DNA of 37,013 nt, from assembly GCA_038213315.1 (NCBI GenBank), contig JBBQTJ010000001.1:1-37013 (forward strand), in the 5' to 3' direction. The notes under the pieces were generated by a model. That model had not been told where the DNA came from. It worked only from the letters and a program-made list of their open reading frames with translations, and made no database searches. A program made the position numbers and the translations under genes. This DNA is from Planctomycetota bacterium. GTDB lineage: Bacteria > Planctomycetota > UBA11346. Shown one piece after another: positions 16,124 through 28,657 of the stretch (positions are counted from its first letter, which is position 1; each line of letters begins with the position of its first letter).

Positions 16124-18145
16124 TCAACGTCCCGCGCCGGTCCGGGCCAGCTCCCGGTAGTAGTCCTGCAAGGCGGCATCGTAGCGCTCCGGGAACTTCT
16201 CGGCCATGCTGGTCGCCAGCACCTCCCGCTCGCGGGTGGGCAGGGCGGCCTCCCAGCCGCCGCCGCTGCGCGCCTGGCGCTCGCCGTCGGTGGCGAAGGA
16301 GCCCTCGCCGGTGGCGTCGTTCTTGGAATCTGTGGGCGGGGGCGGCGGCTGGTTGGGCATGGGCTTGCCCGGCTGCTCGCCCGGCGGCCCGGGCTGCTGG
16401 CCCGGCGGCCCAGGTTGCTGGCCCGGCTGCCCTGGCTGACCCGGCTGCTGCCCCATCGCCTGGGCCAGCTGGGACTGGAGCCCGGCCTGGGCCGACTGCA
16501 GAGCCGCCAGGGCCTGCTGCTGGGCCGCCAAGGCCTGGGCGGTGTTCTGGTTCGACAGAGCCGTGGCCGCCTGGGCCGCCGCCTGGGCCGCCGCCTGGGC
16601 CGCGGCGTTCGGGCTGGACTGCATCTGGCTGGCCAGACCGGACTGCTGCTGGGCAAGCTGACCGGCCGGCTGTCCGGCTGACTCACCGGCCGGCTGTCCG
16701 GCTGACTCACCGGCCGGCTGTCCGGCTGACTCACCGGCTGGCTGTCCGGCTGACTCACCGGCCGGCTGTCCGGCTGACTCACCGGCCGGCTGTCCGGCTG
16801 ACTCACCGGCTGGCTGTCCGGCTGACTCACCGGCTGGCTGCCCGGCGTCAGCCATGGTCGCGGTCTGCTGCATCAGGGCCTGCTGAGCGGCGGCCATCCC
16901 GCTGACGGCGGCGAGCTGGGCGGCCAGGGCGCTGGCTTCGGGGCTCATGCCGGTGGCGGCGGCGAGTTGGGCCTCGGCAGCAGCGCCGGCGGCCTTGAGG
17001 GCCGCCAGAGTCTGCTCCATGCCGGCGACGGCCTGGTCCTGCTCCATGCCGCCCAGGGCCGTTTCGGCAGTACCGGCAGCCTTGGCCGCCTGGCCCATCT
17101 GGGGCTGGGAGGATCCGGCGGTGACCGGATCATTGGCTAGGTCCTGGGCGCCGGCCCGGACCTGGGCCTGGCCGGCTTGAAGGTTGTTGAATTCCGCCTG
17201 GGTGCTGTGCCGGTCCAGGATCTTGGCGCCGGCCAGCAGGTCGGTCTGTTCCTGGGTGAGCTGGGCGATCTGGGCGGCGCGGGCCTGCAGGGCGGCGATG
17301 CTGTCGGTGGCGCCGGCCTTGGCGCTGGCGGCGTCGACCGTGCTCTGGGCCTTTTCGAGAACGGCCAGGACCTGCTCCTGGTGATCCTGGGCGGATTGCA
17401 GGCGATTGCCGCTGATGTCCTCGCCTGCCTGGGCCATGTGGTTTTCCACTGCGCCAGGATCGACGGCGGCCAGGCTGCGCTTCAAGGCCTGGGCGGCTTC
17501 GGGGTCCGTAGTGGACATGCCCTCGGCGGCCTTGCCCAGGTTGGCGAGCTGTACGGACACGTTCTTGGCCAGGTCACGCTGGGAACTGGCGATGCGTTCG
17601 CTCTCGGCGCGCTGGGCCGGGGTCAGGGCACTGGCGTCGGCCCCTGCCGTGGCATCGGCCAAGCGACCAGTGTCGCTCTGCAGCTGGCGCTGGGCCTTGA
17701 TCAGGCCGCGCAGGTCGCCACGCCGGGAAAAGGCGCCGAAGTTGCCTTCAGCGGCGGTGGACAGCTCGTGCAGACGGCGCAAGACGGCGTCCTGCCCGGC
17801 GACCGCGGCGCGGATCTCGTCCAGGGCGCTACCGCCGCCGCTGCGGGCGGCGGCAAGACGGGTGGCAATGCGGGACATGCTGTCCTCGCCGTCCTCGCCC
17901 TTGCCGCTTATTTTGTTCAAGTCGCCGCTGTAGCCGTGCAAGGTCTTAAGCTGGTCATCGACGCCGATGCGGTTGAAGCGGTAGTCGTCGATCATGCCCG
18001 ACAGGTCCCGAGCGGTGTTGTCGGTCAGGCCCGAGATGCCTTTCTGGGCGCTCTCCTCGACGCGTAGGGCCTGGTCGAGGTCCGGTTTCTCGGCGGTGAC
18101 GCCAGCCAGGGCAAGCATCATCAGGAGTGGGACGGGATGGCGCAT
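16124..18145 (-). CDS. Secreted Ala/Gln-rich coiled-coil/low-complexity protein with an octapeptide repeat and a Pro/Gln/Gly tract
   Basis: 673 aa with signal peptide MRHPVPLLMMLALAGVTA. It has long A/Q/L-rich helical stretches, an (ESAGQPAG)x8 repeat and GQQPGQPGQPGQQPGPPGQQPGPPGEQPGKP. The conserved-looking C-terminus is REREVLATSMAEKFPERYDAALQDYYRELA. An AAGGG sits in the 12-nt gap before the ATG. Confidence 0.7.
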   Translation of the reverse strand: MRHPVPLLMMLALAGVTAEKPDLDQALRVEESAQKGISGLTDNTARDLSGMIDDYRFNRIGVDDQLKTLHGYSGDLNKISGKGEDGEDSMSRIATRLAAARSGGGSALDEIRAAVAGQDAVLRRLHELSTAAEGNFGAFSRRGDLRGLIKAQRQLQSDTGRLADATAGADASALTPAQRAESERIASSQRDLAKNVSVQLANLGKAAEGMSTTDPEAAQALKRSLAAVDPGAVENHMAQAGEDISGNRLQSAQDHQEQVLAVLEKAQSTVDAASAKAGATDSIAALQARAAQIAQLTQEQTDLLAGAKILDRHSTQAEFNNLQAGQAQVRAGAQDLANDPVTAGSSQPQMGQAAKAAGTAETALGGMEQDQAVAGMEQTLAALKAAGAAAEAQLAAATGMSPEASALAAQLAAVSGMAAAQQALMQQTATMADAGQPAGESAGQPAGESAGQPAGESAGQPAGESAGQPAGESAGQPAGESAGQPAGESAGQPAGQLAQQQSGLASQMQSSPNAAAQAAAQAAAQAATALSNQNTAQALAAQQQALAALQSAQAGLQSQLAQAMGQQPGQPGQPGQQPGPPGQQPGPPGEQPGKPMPNQPPPPPTDSKNDATGEGSFATDGERQARSGGGWEAALPTREREVLATSMAEKFPERYDAALQDYYRELARTGAGR
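16661..16852. repeat. In-frame 24-bp coding minisatellite, 8 units
   Basis: The plus-strand unit is ACCGGCCGGCTGTCCGGCTGACTC. Units start at 16661, 16685, 16709, 16733, 16757, 16781, 16805 and 16829. Units 1-3, 5 and 6 are identical. Units 4 and 7 differ only by C>T at position 7. Unit 8 is degenerate. Confidence 0.95.
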
Positions 18146-18157
18146 GGCGTTGCCCTT

Positions 18158-19959
<1,802 letters not shown>

Positions 19960-19963
<4 letters not shown>

Positions 19964-22338
19964 AGCAGGTCGCTCCGCTTGCGCAGGAACCACTCCAGGC
20001 CGAGCAGCAGGGCCAGCAGGATCATCACGCCGGGCGCGTTCCACAGGGTCAGCTCTTCGCGACGCAGGGCGGTCTGCCGCTCGGTGACGGTGAGGCGCTG
20101 CACCAGGCTGGGCAGCTCGTGCAGGTAGGTGAAGCTGCCGCCCGAGGCCTTGGCGACCTCACGCAGCAGGGACTCGCGCAGACCGGGATCCTCCAGCTCG
20201 ATGCGCGGTGCGACGACGCTGACCACCGGGCCCTCGGCATCGCGCTGGTCCTGCAACCCCAGAGCCCAGCTGCCAACCGCCGCCGCAGTCCAGGTGCCGG
20301 TGTAGGTGCCGGGCTGATCGGGCTTGGCGGTCAGGACCACGGTCTCTTGACCCAGGTCGCGGCGCAGCACGCAGGTGACCGACGGCGCGGTCGCGGGGTT
20401 GAAGGCGGCGTCGACGATGCGAGCGGTGATCTGGGCCTTGTCGCCCACCGCGTACTCGGGCCGGTCAGTCTCGAGCTGCACCCGGCTGTTGGCGCCCAGC
20501 AGGTGCGCCAGGCCATAGCTGGTGACGATCTGGCCCCACAGGCGGCGATGGTACGCGGCGCCCGGCTGCTTGCGCCAGCGCCACAGCTCATCGCTGCCGA
20601 TCCACAGCACCTGGCCTTTGCCGAAGCGCTGCGCCGCCATCACCGGCAGCGGCCCGTCGCCAGCCTTGCGCTCGCTGTGCACCATCAGGGCGCTGGCGCC
20701 GGGCTTGAGGCCGGTGGCGGGATAGACCCAGAACAGCGGCTCGGCCTTGGCCCAGAGCGCGTCGTTGGCGGCGGCGTCGGCGGTCAGGCGCAAGGGCGCC
20801 CAGGCCTTGCCCTCGGGGGTGAGGGCGACGCGGAAGGGCGTGCGCAGGGTGCGGGCGGCCTCGTCCATGGCCGTAGTCGGCGGCTGCGGGACGAAGTGGA
20901 CCGGCAGCAGGTCCTCCAGGGGCGTGCCCTGGTACTTGTCGGGCATCCCGTTGTGGCCAGCCAGCAGCACCAGGCCGCCGCCCTGCTCGCGCACCCACGT
21001 CTCCAGGAGGGTCAGGTCGGCCTTGGTGAAGGCTTCGGCATCGACCGCGCCCAGTACCACCACGTCGTAGCCGCGCAGCTCGTCCGCGTTGCGCGGGAAG
21101 ATGGCGACCTGGCCCTCGAGCCCGCCGGGATCGGCCTGGCGCATCCAGGTCTTCACCTGGATGCGGGCCTTGTCCGCGGCCAGGCCTTCGCGCAGGGCAC
21201 GGAACTCCCAACGGGGCGAATCCTCGCACAACAGCACGGTGATGCGCCGGTCGATGACCCGCACGCCGGCCTTGCTGCGCCGGTTGTTCTCGGCGCTGGC
21301 CTCGTCCGACAGAGTCTCGACCTCGGCGCCGAAGGCGAACACGCCGGCCCGGTCGGCGGGCAGGATGACCTGGTGCTGGACCTCGCCCTCGGCGCCCAGG
21401 GCCACCACCTCGTCGCGGATGGACTGGTCGTCGCGCAGGATCTTGAGGCGCAGGTTGCGGTTGGCGTAGCCGCGGGCGCGGATGCGCACCGTCAGCGGGA
21501 AGCTGTCGCCCTTGAAGACCACGTCGTCGCAGCTGACGAAGGTGATCTCCAGGTCCTTGGCCTGGGGCAGGCCGACGCCAACCACATGGACCGGCACGCC
21601 CAGGGCGCGGGCGGCCTCGACCGGGTCCTCGCCCCGGTTCCAGCCGCCGTCGGTGAACATCACCAGGCCATCGAGCTTGCGGCCACGGTTGCGCCGCACC
21701 GCGTCGACCAGGGCCGCACCCAGCTGGGTGGCGGGCTCGTCGGCGGCGGGCAGCTTGGCGAACGCGCCGGCGGGGTCGTCCACCGGCGCCAGCTCGGCCT
21801 GGGCCACGCCACCAGCGGCGCCGAAGGTGGCGAGGTCGACGCGGAAGCGCGCGGCCAGCTCGGGCAGGGGATCAAGCCTGGGGTTGGCGATGGCCCGGCG
21901 CAGCAGCTCGTGACGGGTCATGGCAGCGGACTTGGCCGCGTCTTCGCCGGTGATGGCCGCGGCCACCGCCTGGTCGGCGGGATCGGTGCGCTTGTCCACC
22001 AGGGCCATGGACGAGCTCTGGTCGACCAGCAGCACCAGGCTGCCCTTGGCGTCCTCGCTGCGCGTCACCTCCAAGTAGGCGCCGGTGCAGATGAAGATGA
22101 TGACCAGGAAGGCGCCGGCGCGCAGCCCAGCCAACAGGCGCTTGCGGCCCAGGGGCACCCACGCGGCCTCGCGGCGGTAGAACAGCCACACCATCGCCAC
22201 CGCCGCCACCGCGAGCGCAGCGAAGACCAGGCGCGACAGGGGTGTTGAGGCCTGGGGCAGGATCGGCGGCCAGTGCACCGTGCCGCCCGGACCGACCACG
22301 TCGCGCAGGAACAACAGCCAGAGGATGAGCGCGGTCAT
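19960..22338 (-). CDS. Membrane-anchored vWA-domain protein with a class-I glutamine-amidotransferase-like C-terminal region
   Basis: I take ATG 22338 (ATGA overlap, 22335-22338), giving 792 aa. It has N-terminal TM helices and the MIDAS motif VLLVDQSSSM. The later segment YDVVVLGAVDAEAFTKADLTLLETWVREQGGGLVLLAGHNG is typical of the GATase1-like fold in these operons. Confidence 0.7.
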
Positions 22339-24536
22339 GCGGCGGCCCTCCGCACCCCGGCCTCGGCCGGCGCCCAGCGCAGGGCCAGCACCGACTCGGC
22401 CAGCAGGCAGGCTACCGCGATGGCCAGCAGCCAGGGCCACAGCTCCTTGCCCTGGCGCACCTCCTGTAGGCCGGCCGCTACGCTGTCGGCGGCGCCGACC
22501 ATGGCCAGTGGCAGGTCGGGCTGCTGGCGGAGCAGTTCGCGGAGATCGATGGCGGTGAGGTCGGATTCGTCGCCCGGACCGCTGAGGGCAAAGATCTGCC
22601 GGCCCGCCTGGCTGGTCAGGGTCCAGAAGCCGGCAAAGGCCGTGTCGGGCACCTCGACCACGGCGGCATCGCCCGCCGGGGTCAGGGTGGCGGCCATGCG
22701 CGCAGTGCCGCCCCGGGGATCATCGACCCGCACCTGCTCGCCGGCGGCGCGGGCGGGCAGCACGCCCACCAAGCGGTCGTGCACGCCCAGGTTGCGCCGC
22801 TCGCCGCCACCCAGGGCGGCCTGCTGTACGGCGCGGCGCACCAGCATCACAAAGGCCGGGCGCAGGGGCAGGTCGGACCAGCTGCGGTCGGCAGCGGCGC
22901 CGAACAACAGCACAGTGCCGCGCCCGATGCGGCGCTCGGCAATGATCGGCCGGCCATCCGCCAGGCGCGCCACCACGGTCGCGAGCGGCGCCTCACCGGG
23001 CGCGGGCGCGGGCATCTCAAGCGGGAAGGCACGGCGTAGACGCGGCGTCGCCAGGAAGGGCTGGCGCTCACGCGGGGCGAAGAAGCTGACCACTGGATGG
23101 ACCAGCTCGGCGGTGCTGAAACCCAGGCCCGGGTCGGCGGGGGTGCCGGGCAGGTCCTCGGGGCTGCCCGGCAGCTGGGCGGGCAGCAGACCACCCTGTT
23201 CGTAGAGGGTGCGCGTCCAGGTGTCGCCCTTGACGTTCGGCCCGGGGAAAATCACCAGACCGCGGCCCGGCGCGACGAAGGACTTCAGACCCTCGACCAC
23301 CGCGGGTGGCAACTCGGCGACGTCGTTGATGATCACCGCCTGGTAGTCGTCCAGGGTGCGGCCGTCCAACGCGCGCGGGCTGACCGTGTCGATCTGCAAG
23401 GCCCGGCCCGCGGCGGGGGCATCCTGCACGCCGGGCGCGAGGGCGGCGCGGATGAAGGCGCCGCCGCCGGCGAAGCCCGGGGCGCCGCCGTCGATCAGCA
23501 GCACCCGGGACTTTTCCTGCACTTTCACCACCAGCGCGCGCCGATCGTCGGCCTCCAGGCGGTCGGGGGCGATGCGGGCCTCGACCTTGAAGGTGCCGCC
23601 GGCCGGGAAACGGGTGGCCAGGTCGATGGTGGTGGTGCCCTCAAGGCGGTCGATGGAGCGGCTGGCGACCTTGCGCAGGGCGCCGCCCTGGCCGTCATCA
23701 GACCACAGCTCGACCGGCAGGTCAGTGGCCGCCCGACCGAAGGCAGCCACGCCGACGGTGAAGACCACCTCCTGCTGGGTCGAAACCAACTCGTCGTCGC
23801 TGGCTAGCGAGGTGACCGCGGCATTGTCGCCGCCGCCGCCGGTGTCGATCACCACCACACGGGTGTCGCCGGCGGCGCGCAGCTCAGCGGCCAGGCGGGA
23901 CCAGGCCGGCGCGTCGGCGGCGGGCCAGCCCACCGCCTGCACGTCGGTGACTAGGTGGATCTCGCGCTGGCCAGGCCGGTCCTTGAGGATCGCCCAGGCC
24001 GCCGTCAAGGCCGCGGGCACGTCGCTGCCGCCGTCGGATACCGTGGCGCGGCGCACCTCGTCGGCGACATAGGCCAGATCCCGGTTGGGCTCGGCCACCA
24101 CGGTGGTCGGCGCGGCGCTCATCAGCACCAGGCCCACCGCCGAGCCCTGGGGCAGGGCCGACAGCACCTCGGCGGCCTTGCGCTGGGCGATGGCGAAGCG
24201 GGACTCGGCGCCCTCCGCATAGGCCATGCTGCGGGAGTGGTCCAGCACCACCACGGCATTCACCGCGGACGCACCACCCAGGAATGACAGCTTGCCCGGC
24301 GCGAAGGCCGGACGGGCCAGGGCCAGGGCAATCAGCACGATCGCCAGGGTGCGCAGGATCAACAGGATCACATCGCGCAACTGCAAGCGACGGCTGTTCT
24401 GCCGCATGGTCGCCAGCAAGAACTCCATCGCGCCCCATTCGACCACGCGGAAGCGGCTTTTATTGAGCAGATGGATGATGATCGGGATCGCGCCCAGGGC
24501 GGTGAAGCCCAGCAGCAGCGCATTCAGGAAGGTCAT
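22335..24536 (-). CDS. BatA-N-terminal-domain / vWA-domain membrane protein
   Basis: 733 aa. MTFLNALLLGFTALGAIPIIIHLLNKSRFRVVEWGAMEFL is the aerotolerance-regulator (BatA) N-terminal double-TM signature. MIDAS motif VVVLDHSRSM. C-terminal TM helix (LWPWLLAIAVACLLAESVLAL). Confidence 0.85.
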   Translation of the reverse strand: MTFLNALLLGFTALGAIPIIIHLLNKSRFRVVEWGAMEFLLATMRQNSRRLQLRDVILLILRTLAIVLIALALARPAFAPGKLSFLGGASAVNAVVVLDHSRSMAYAEGAESRFAIAQRKAAEVLSALPQGSAVGLVLMSAAPTTVVAEPNRDLAYVADEVRRATVSDGGSDVPAALTAAWAILKDRPGQREIHLVTDVQAVGWPAADAPAWSRLAAELRAAGDTRVVVIDTGGGGDNAAVTSLASDDELVSTQQEVVFTVGVAAFGRAATDLPVELWSDDGQGGALRKVASRSIDRLEGTTTIDLATRFPAGGTFKVEARIAPDRLEADDRRALVVKVQEKSRVLLIDGGAPGFAGGGAFIRAALAPGVQDAPAAGRALQIDTVSPRALDGRTLDDYQAVIINDVAELPPAVVEGLKSFVAPGRGLVIFPGPNVKGDTWTRTLYEQGGLLPAQLPGSPEDLPGTPADPGLGFSTAELVHPVVSFFAPRERQPFLATPRLRRAFPLEMPAPAPGEAPLATVVARLADGRPIIAERRIGRGTVLLFGAAADRSWSDLPLRPAFVMLVRRAVQQAALGGGERRNLGVHDRLVGVLPARAAGEQVRVDDPRGGTARMAATLTPAGDAAVVEVPDTAFAGFWTLTSQAGRQIFALSGPGDESDLTAIDLRELLRQQPDLPLAMVGAADSVAAGLQEVRQGKELWPWLLAIAVACLLAESVLALRWAPAEAGVRRAAA

Positions 24537-25441
24537 CGCCTGACCCCGGTGCGCAGGCGCTCACGCATGCCCAGGTAGGCGGCTAGGCCCACATCCGGCG
24601 GCTGCGAGGTGCGCAGCAGCACATAGTCCACGCCGCACTTCCGACAGCCGGATTCCAGCGCGGTCATGTGCTTGTGCAATTCGTCCAGGTAAGACTGCTT
24701 CACCGAGCGCGGGTGCACGCGCAGCTCGCGGCCGCCCTCAAGCCCCTTGAACTGGATGTTGCCCTCGAATGGGAAGTCCAACTCGTCGTCGTCCATCAGG
24801 TGCAGGGCCACCACCTCGTGCCCCTGGTGGCGCAGCCGCAGCATGCCGTCCAGGATGTCCTTGGGCTGGTCAAGCAGGTCGCTGATGACCATCACCACGC
24901 CACGCCGACGCACCCGGTCGCCGATGGTGTGCAGGACTTCGCCGATGGCGGTCTTGTTTTTCGGCTCGTGCTCTTCCAGCACCGCACACAGGCGCAGCAG
25001 GTGGGCTTTGCGCGTGCTGGGCGCGACCACCGTGGCGAGGTCGCCATCGAACATGGTCAGGCCGGCGGCATCGCTTTGCGACAGCACCAGATGACTGAGC
25101 GCCGCGGCCGATACCTTGCCGTATTCCAGCTTGCTGAGGCCGGCCGCGGCGCGCGTGCCCTGGTACAGCATGCTGGTCGAACCGTCGAGCAGCACATGGC
25201 AGGTCAGATTGGTCTCGGCCTCGTACTGCTTGATATAATAGCGCTCGGACTTGCCGTAGACGCGCCAGTCCAGGTGTTTTAGATCGTCGCCAGGCACGTA
25301 ACCGCGATGCTGGGCGAATTCCACACTGAAGCCCTTGAACGGGCTGCGATGCAGGCCGCTGATGAAGCCCTCGACCACATATTTCGCCTTCAGGTCGAGG
25401 CGGCCGATCTTCGACAGGATGGCGGGATCAAGGTAGGACAT
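24533..25441 (-). CDS. DUF58 family protein (MoxR-associated)
   Basis: 302 aa. GLHRSPFKGFSVEFAQHRGYVPGDDLKHLDWRVYGKSERYYIKQYEAETN is the classic DUF58 core. ATGA overlap with the next gene (24533-24536). Confidence 0.9.
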   Translation of the reverse strand: MSYLDPAILSKIGRLDLKAKYVVEGFISGLHRSPFKGFSVEFAQHRGYVPGDDLKHLDWRVYGKSERYYIKQYEAETNLTCHVLLDGSTSMLYQGTRAAAGLSKLEYGKVSAAALSHLVLSQSDAAGLTMFDGDLATVVAPSTRKAHLLRLCAVLEEHEPKNKTAIGEVLHTIGDRVRRRGVVMVISDLLDQPKDILDGMLRLRHQGHEVVALHLMDDDELDFPFEGNIQFKGLEGGRELRVHPRSVKQSYLDELHKHMTALESGCRKCGVDYVLLRTSQPPDVGLAAYLGMRERLRTGVRR

Positions 25442-25482
25442 GGGTCAGGATCCGGCCAACGGGGCGGCCAGACGAAGCGCTC

Positions 25483-26757
<1,275 letters not shown>

Positions 26758-26792
26758 GCGCAGACTTCCTTGAAATTACCGCAAAGGTGATA

Positions 26793-26808
26793 GCTAGCCT
26801 CGGCTAGC
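26793..26808. promoter_or_regulatory. Palindrome GCTAGCC-TC-GGCTAGC in the divergent lacI-type / moxR intergenic region
   Basis: Read directly. Perfect 7-bp arms sit within the relatively AT-rich 26758-26957 spacer. It is only a candidate operator. Confidence 0.25.
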
Positions 26809-26957
26809 ATGCCGAATTAGAATCGTACCACAAGAACGGCATCAGCGCGAAATGTGACGGCTGAATGGTCACGCCAGACGCCGTGGACGATGCACCTCAG
26901 CCACCGGCCCTCGGCCTCACATTGACCCTGGTGGGACATCCTTAAGCCAAGCCATCA

Positions 26958-27980
26958 ATGGCCCGCATCCATCAAGCCTCCCAGACTGACGTCGCCCGGG
27001 CCGCCGGGGTCGGCCAGAAAACCGTCTCCCGAGCCTTTGGCGCGCCAGGCTATATCACCGCTGCCATGCGCGCACGGGTCGTCGCCGCCGCCGAACGTCT
27101 GGGCTACCGGCCCAACACCGGCGCGCGCGCCATGCGCACCGGCCGCTTCGACACCGTGTTGCTGCTGCAGTCCCAAGACCATGTCCTCAGCTATCTGCCA
27201 CAGGAACTGCTGCACGGCATTGAAGACGAACTGCAGCAGGCCGGCATCGCCCTGACTGCCGGGCGTTTCGCTGACACCCACTTGGCGGCCGACGAGGAGT
27301 TTTTGCCTCGCACCCTGCGCGAGCTGTCTGCAGACGGCATCCTGATCAATTACGAGACCAATATCCCGGGTGAGCTTTCAGCGCATCTGCAGCGCCACGC
27401 CATCCCCGCCATCTGGATCAATTCCAAGCAGGACGCCGACTGCGTCCACCCCGATGATCAGCAGGGCGGACGGCTGCTCACCGAGCACCTCCTCGCGCTG
27501 GGACATCGGCGTATCGCCTACATCGACGTCCTGCTCAAGACCACCCCAGAGTGCCATTACAGTCGAGCTGACCGCTTGGCCGGCTATCGCGCCGGGATGC
27601 AGGCCGGCGGTCTGCCGGCCTTGCCCATCCTGCCAGAGCGGGCGATCCCTTTTGCCCACCTGGCCGACTGGTTGGGCAAAGCATTGCGCGATTACACGGC
27701 CGCCATCACCTATGACACCAATGAAGCCGGAGCGGCGATCCTGGGCGTCGAGCGACTCGGCCGACGTGTGCCCCGGGACTTCTCGATCGCTTCATTCAGC
27801 CTCCTGACCAATACCCGGTGCGGCCTGCCGCTCACCTGCGCGATCAATCCCATGGCGGAAATGGGACGCCAGGCGGCGCGCGCCATCCGGCAGCGTATCG
27901 CCGCGGATGACCGCCCCCTGCCGCCGCTCGCGGTACCCTTCACGCTGGTGGCCAGCAGTTCGACCGCAGCGATTCCATGA
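26958..27980 (+). CDS. LacI/PurR-family transcriptional regulator
   Basis: 340 aa. The N-terminal HTH is QTDVARAAGVGQKTVSRAFGAPGYITAAMRARVVAAAERLGYRPNTGARAMRTGR, followed by a periplasmic-binding-protein-like core. Confidence 0.85.
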   Translation: MARIHQASQTDVARAAGVGQKTVSRAFGAPGYITAAMRARVVAAAERLGYRPNTGARAMRTGRFDTVLLLQSQDHVLSYLPQELLHGIEDELQQAGIALTAGRFADTHLAADEEFLPRTLRELSADGILINYETNIPGELSAHLQRHAIPAIWINSKQDADCVHPDDQQGGRLLTEHLLALGHRRIAYIDVLLKTTPECHYSRADRLAGYRAGMQAGGLPALPILPERAIPFAHLADWLGKALRDYTAAITYDTNEAGAAILGVERLGRRVPRDFSIASFSLLTNTRCGLPLTCAINPMAEMGRQAARAIRQRIAADDRPLPPLAVPFTLVASSSTAAIP

Positions 27981-28149
27981 ACTGGCCCACCTGGGCTGGT
28001 GGCAATCATGTCGCCACCGCCGGACAACAGCGGATCGCGATCGGCTGACTCAGGGAGTGGCACATGGGCCACCGCCTAAGCGAGCTGGAGCTCGGCCCGG
28101 TGCTCCATGGCGACCGCCCATTGTCCGCCCACCCATCTACATACCCTGA

Positions 28150-28528
28150 GCGCAGCACCGCTGGACGGCCGCGTCTGGTACCTGCCGCAAGGTGGGCGCC
28201 AGCCGAGGAAAGTCCGGGCTCTACAGGGCACGGTGGCTGCCAAATGCAGCCGTCTCCCGTGGCGGGGGGATAGGGACAGTACAACAGAAAGCTATACCGC
28301 CAGGACGGCGCAAGCCGTCAAGGTAAGGGTGAAAAGGTGGGGTAAGAGCCCACCGGGGCGACCGTGAGGAAGCCTGCAGTGCAAACCCCACCCAGAGCAA
28401 GCCCGACATGCGGGGAGGCGCTGCCCGCGCCGACGATCCGCGACAGGGCGCATGATCACCACTGGCAACAGTGGCGGCGAGAGAAATGGCCGTCCTCGAC
28501 CGAACCCGGCTTACAGGCGGTTCCGCAG
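28150..28528 (+). ncRNA. rnpB: RNase P RNA, bacterial type A (ends +/- ~10 nt)
   Basis: Hallmark blocks are present: GAGGAAAGTCCGGGCTC, ACAGAAAGCTATACCGCC, GGTAAGGGTGAAAAGGTGGGGTAAGAGCCCACC and CGAACCCGGCTTAC. P2 pairs GGACGGCC (28163-28170) with GGCCGTCC near 28490. P3 is capped by a GCAA tetraloop. P1 can form between ~28150-28163 and ~28514-28528. Confidence 0.9.
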
Positions 28529-28532
28529 ACAA

Positions 28533-28567
28533 CCGTCCTGGCGCGCAAGCGTCAGGACGGTTTTTTT
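28533..28567 (+). terminator. Rho-independent terminator of rnpB
   Basis: CCGTCCTG...CAGGACGG is a perfect 8-bp stem (with further inner GC pairs) followed by TTTTTTT (28561-28567). Confidence 0.85.
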
Positions 28568-28596
28568 AATGCTCGAATGCTCGAATGCTCGAATGG
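28568..28596. repeat. 8-bp tandem repeat (AATGCTCG) x 3.6
   Basis: Units start at 28568, 28576 and 28584, with a partial unit at 28592. It sits between the rnpB terminator and the msrBA start. Confidence 0.9.
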
Positions 28597-28657
28597 GGTC
28601 CAAGTCGACATTTCGGAATTTTCCCCACAGCGGACCTGCGGCGCACGTACATCCACC

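Noticed and set aside
16370-16450. Collagen-like reading of GQQPGQPGQPGQQPGPPGQQPGPPGEQPGKP
   Set aside because: Glycines are not at strict every-third-residue spacing (intervals alternate between 3 and 4). It is a Pro/Gln/Gly low-complexity linker, not a collagen triple-helix repeat.
16661-16852. Possible CRISPR array (regular 24-bp repeats)
   Set aside because: The units are directly adjacent with no spacers and are in frame within a CDS. No cas genes are present. This is a coding minisatellite. The 49-bp x2 repeat at 35979-36076 also lacks spacers.
15658-16905. 415-aa plus-strand ORF with a striking RPAVRLTH repeat
   Set aside because: The repeat is simply the antisense reading of the 24-bp minisatellite. 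The minus-strand frame has a signal peptide, operon context and a plausible C-terminal domain.
28121-28147. Possible rnpB promoter, TTGTCC-N15-TACCCT
   Set aside because: The spacer is only 15 nt and both hexamers are poor. It is consistent with the predicted 5' end but too weak to report as a feature.
28364-28657. N-terminal 98 codons of the 438-aa msrBA track ORF, and the minus-strand ORF 28221-28532
   Set aside because: They run through the RNase P RNA and its terminator. The real MsrBA start is the ATG at 28658, followed by a signal peptide.
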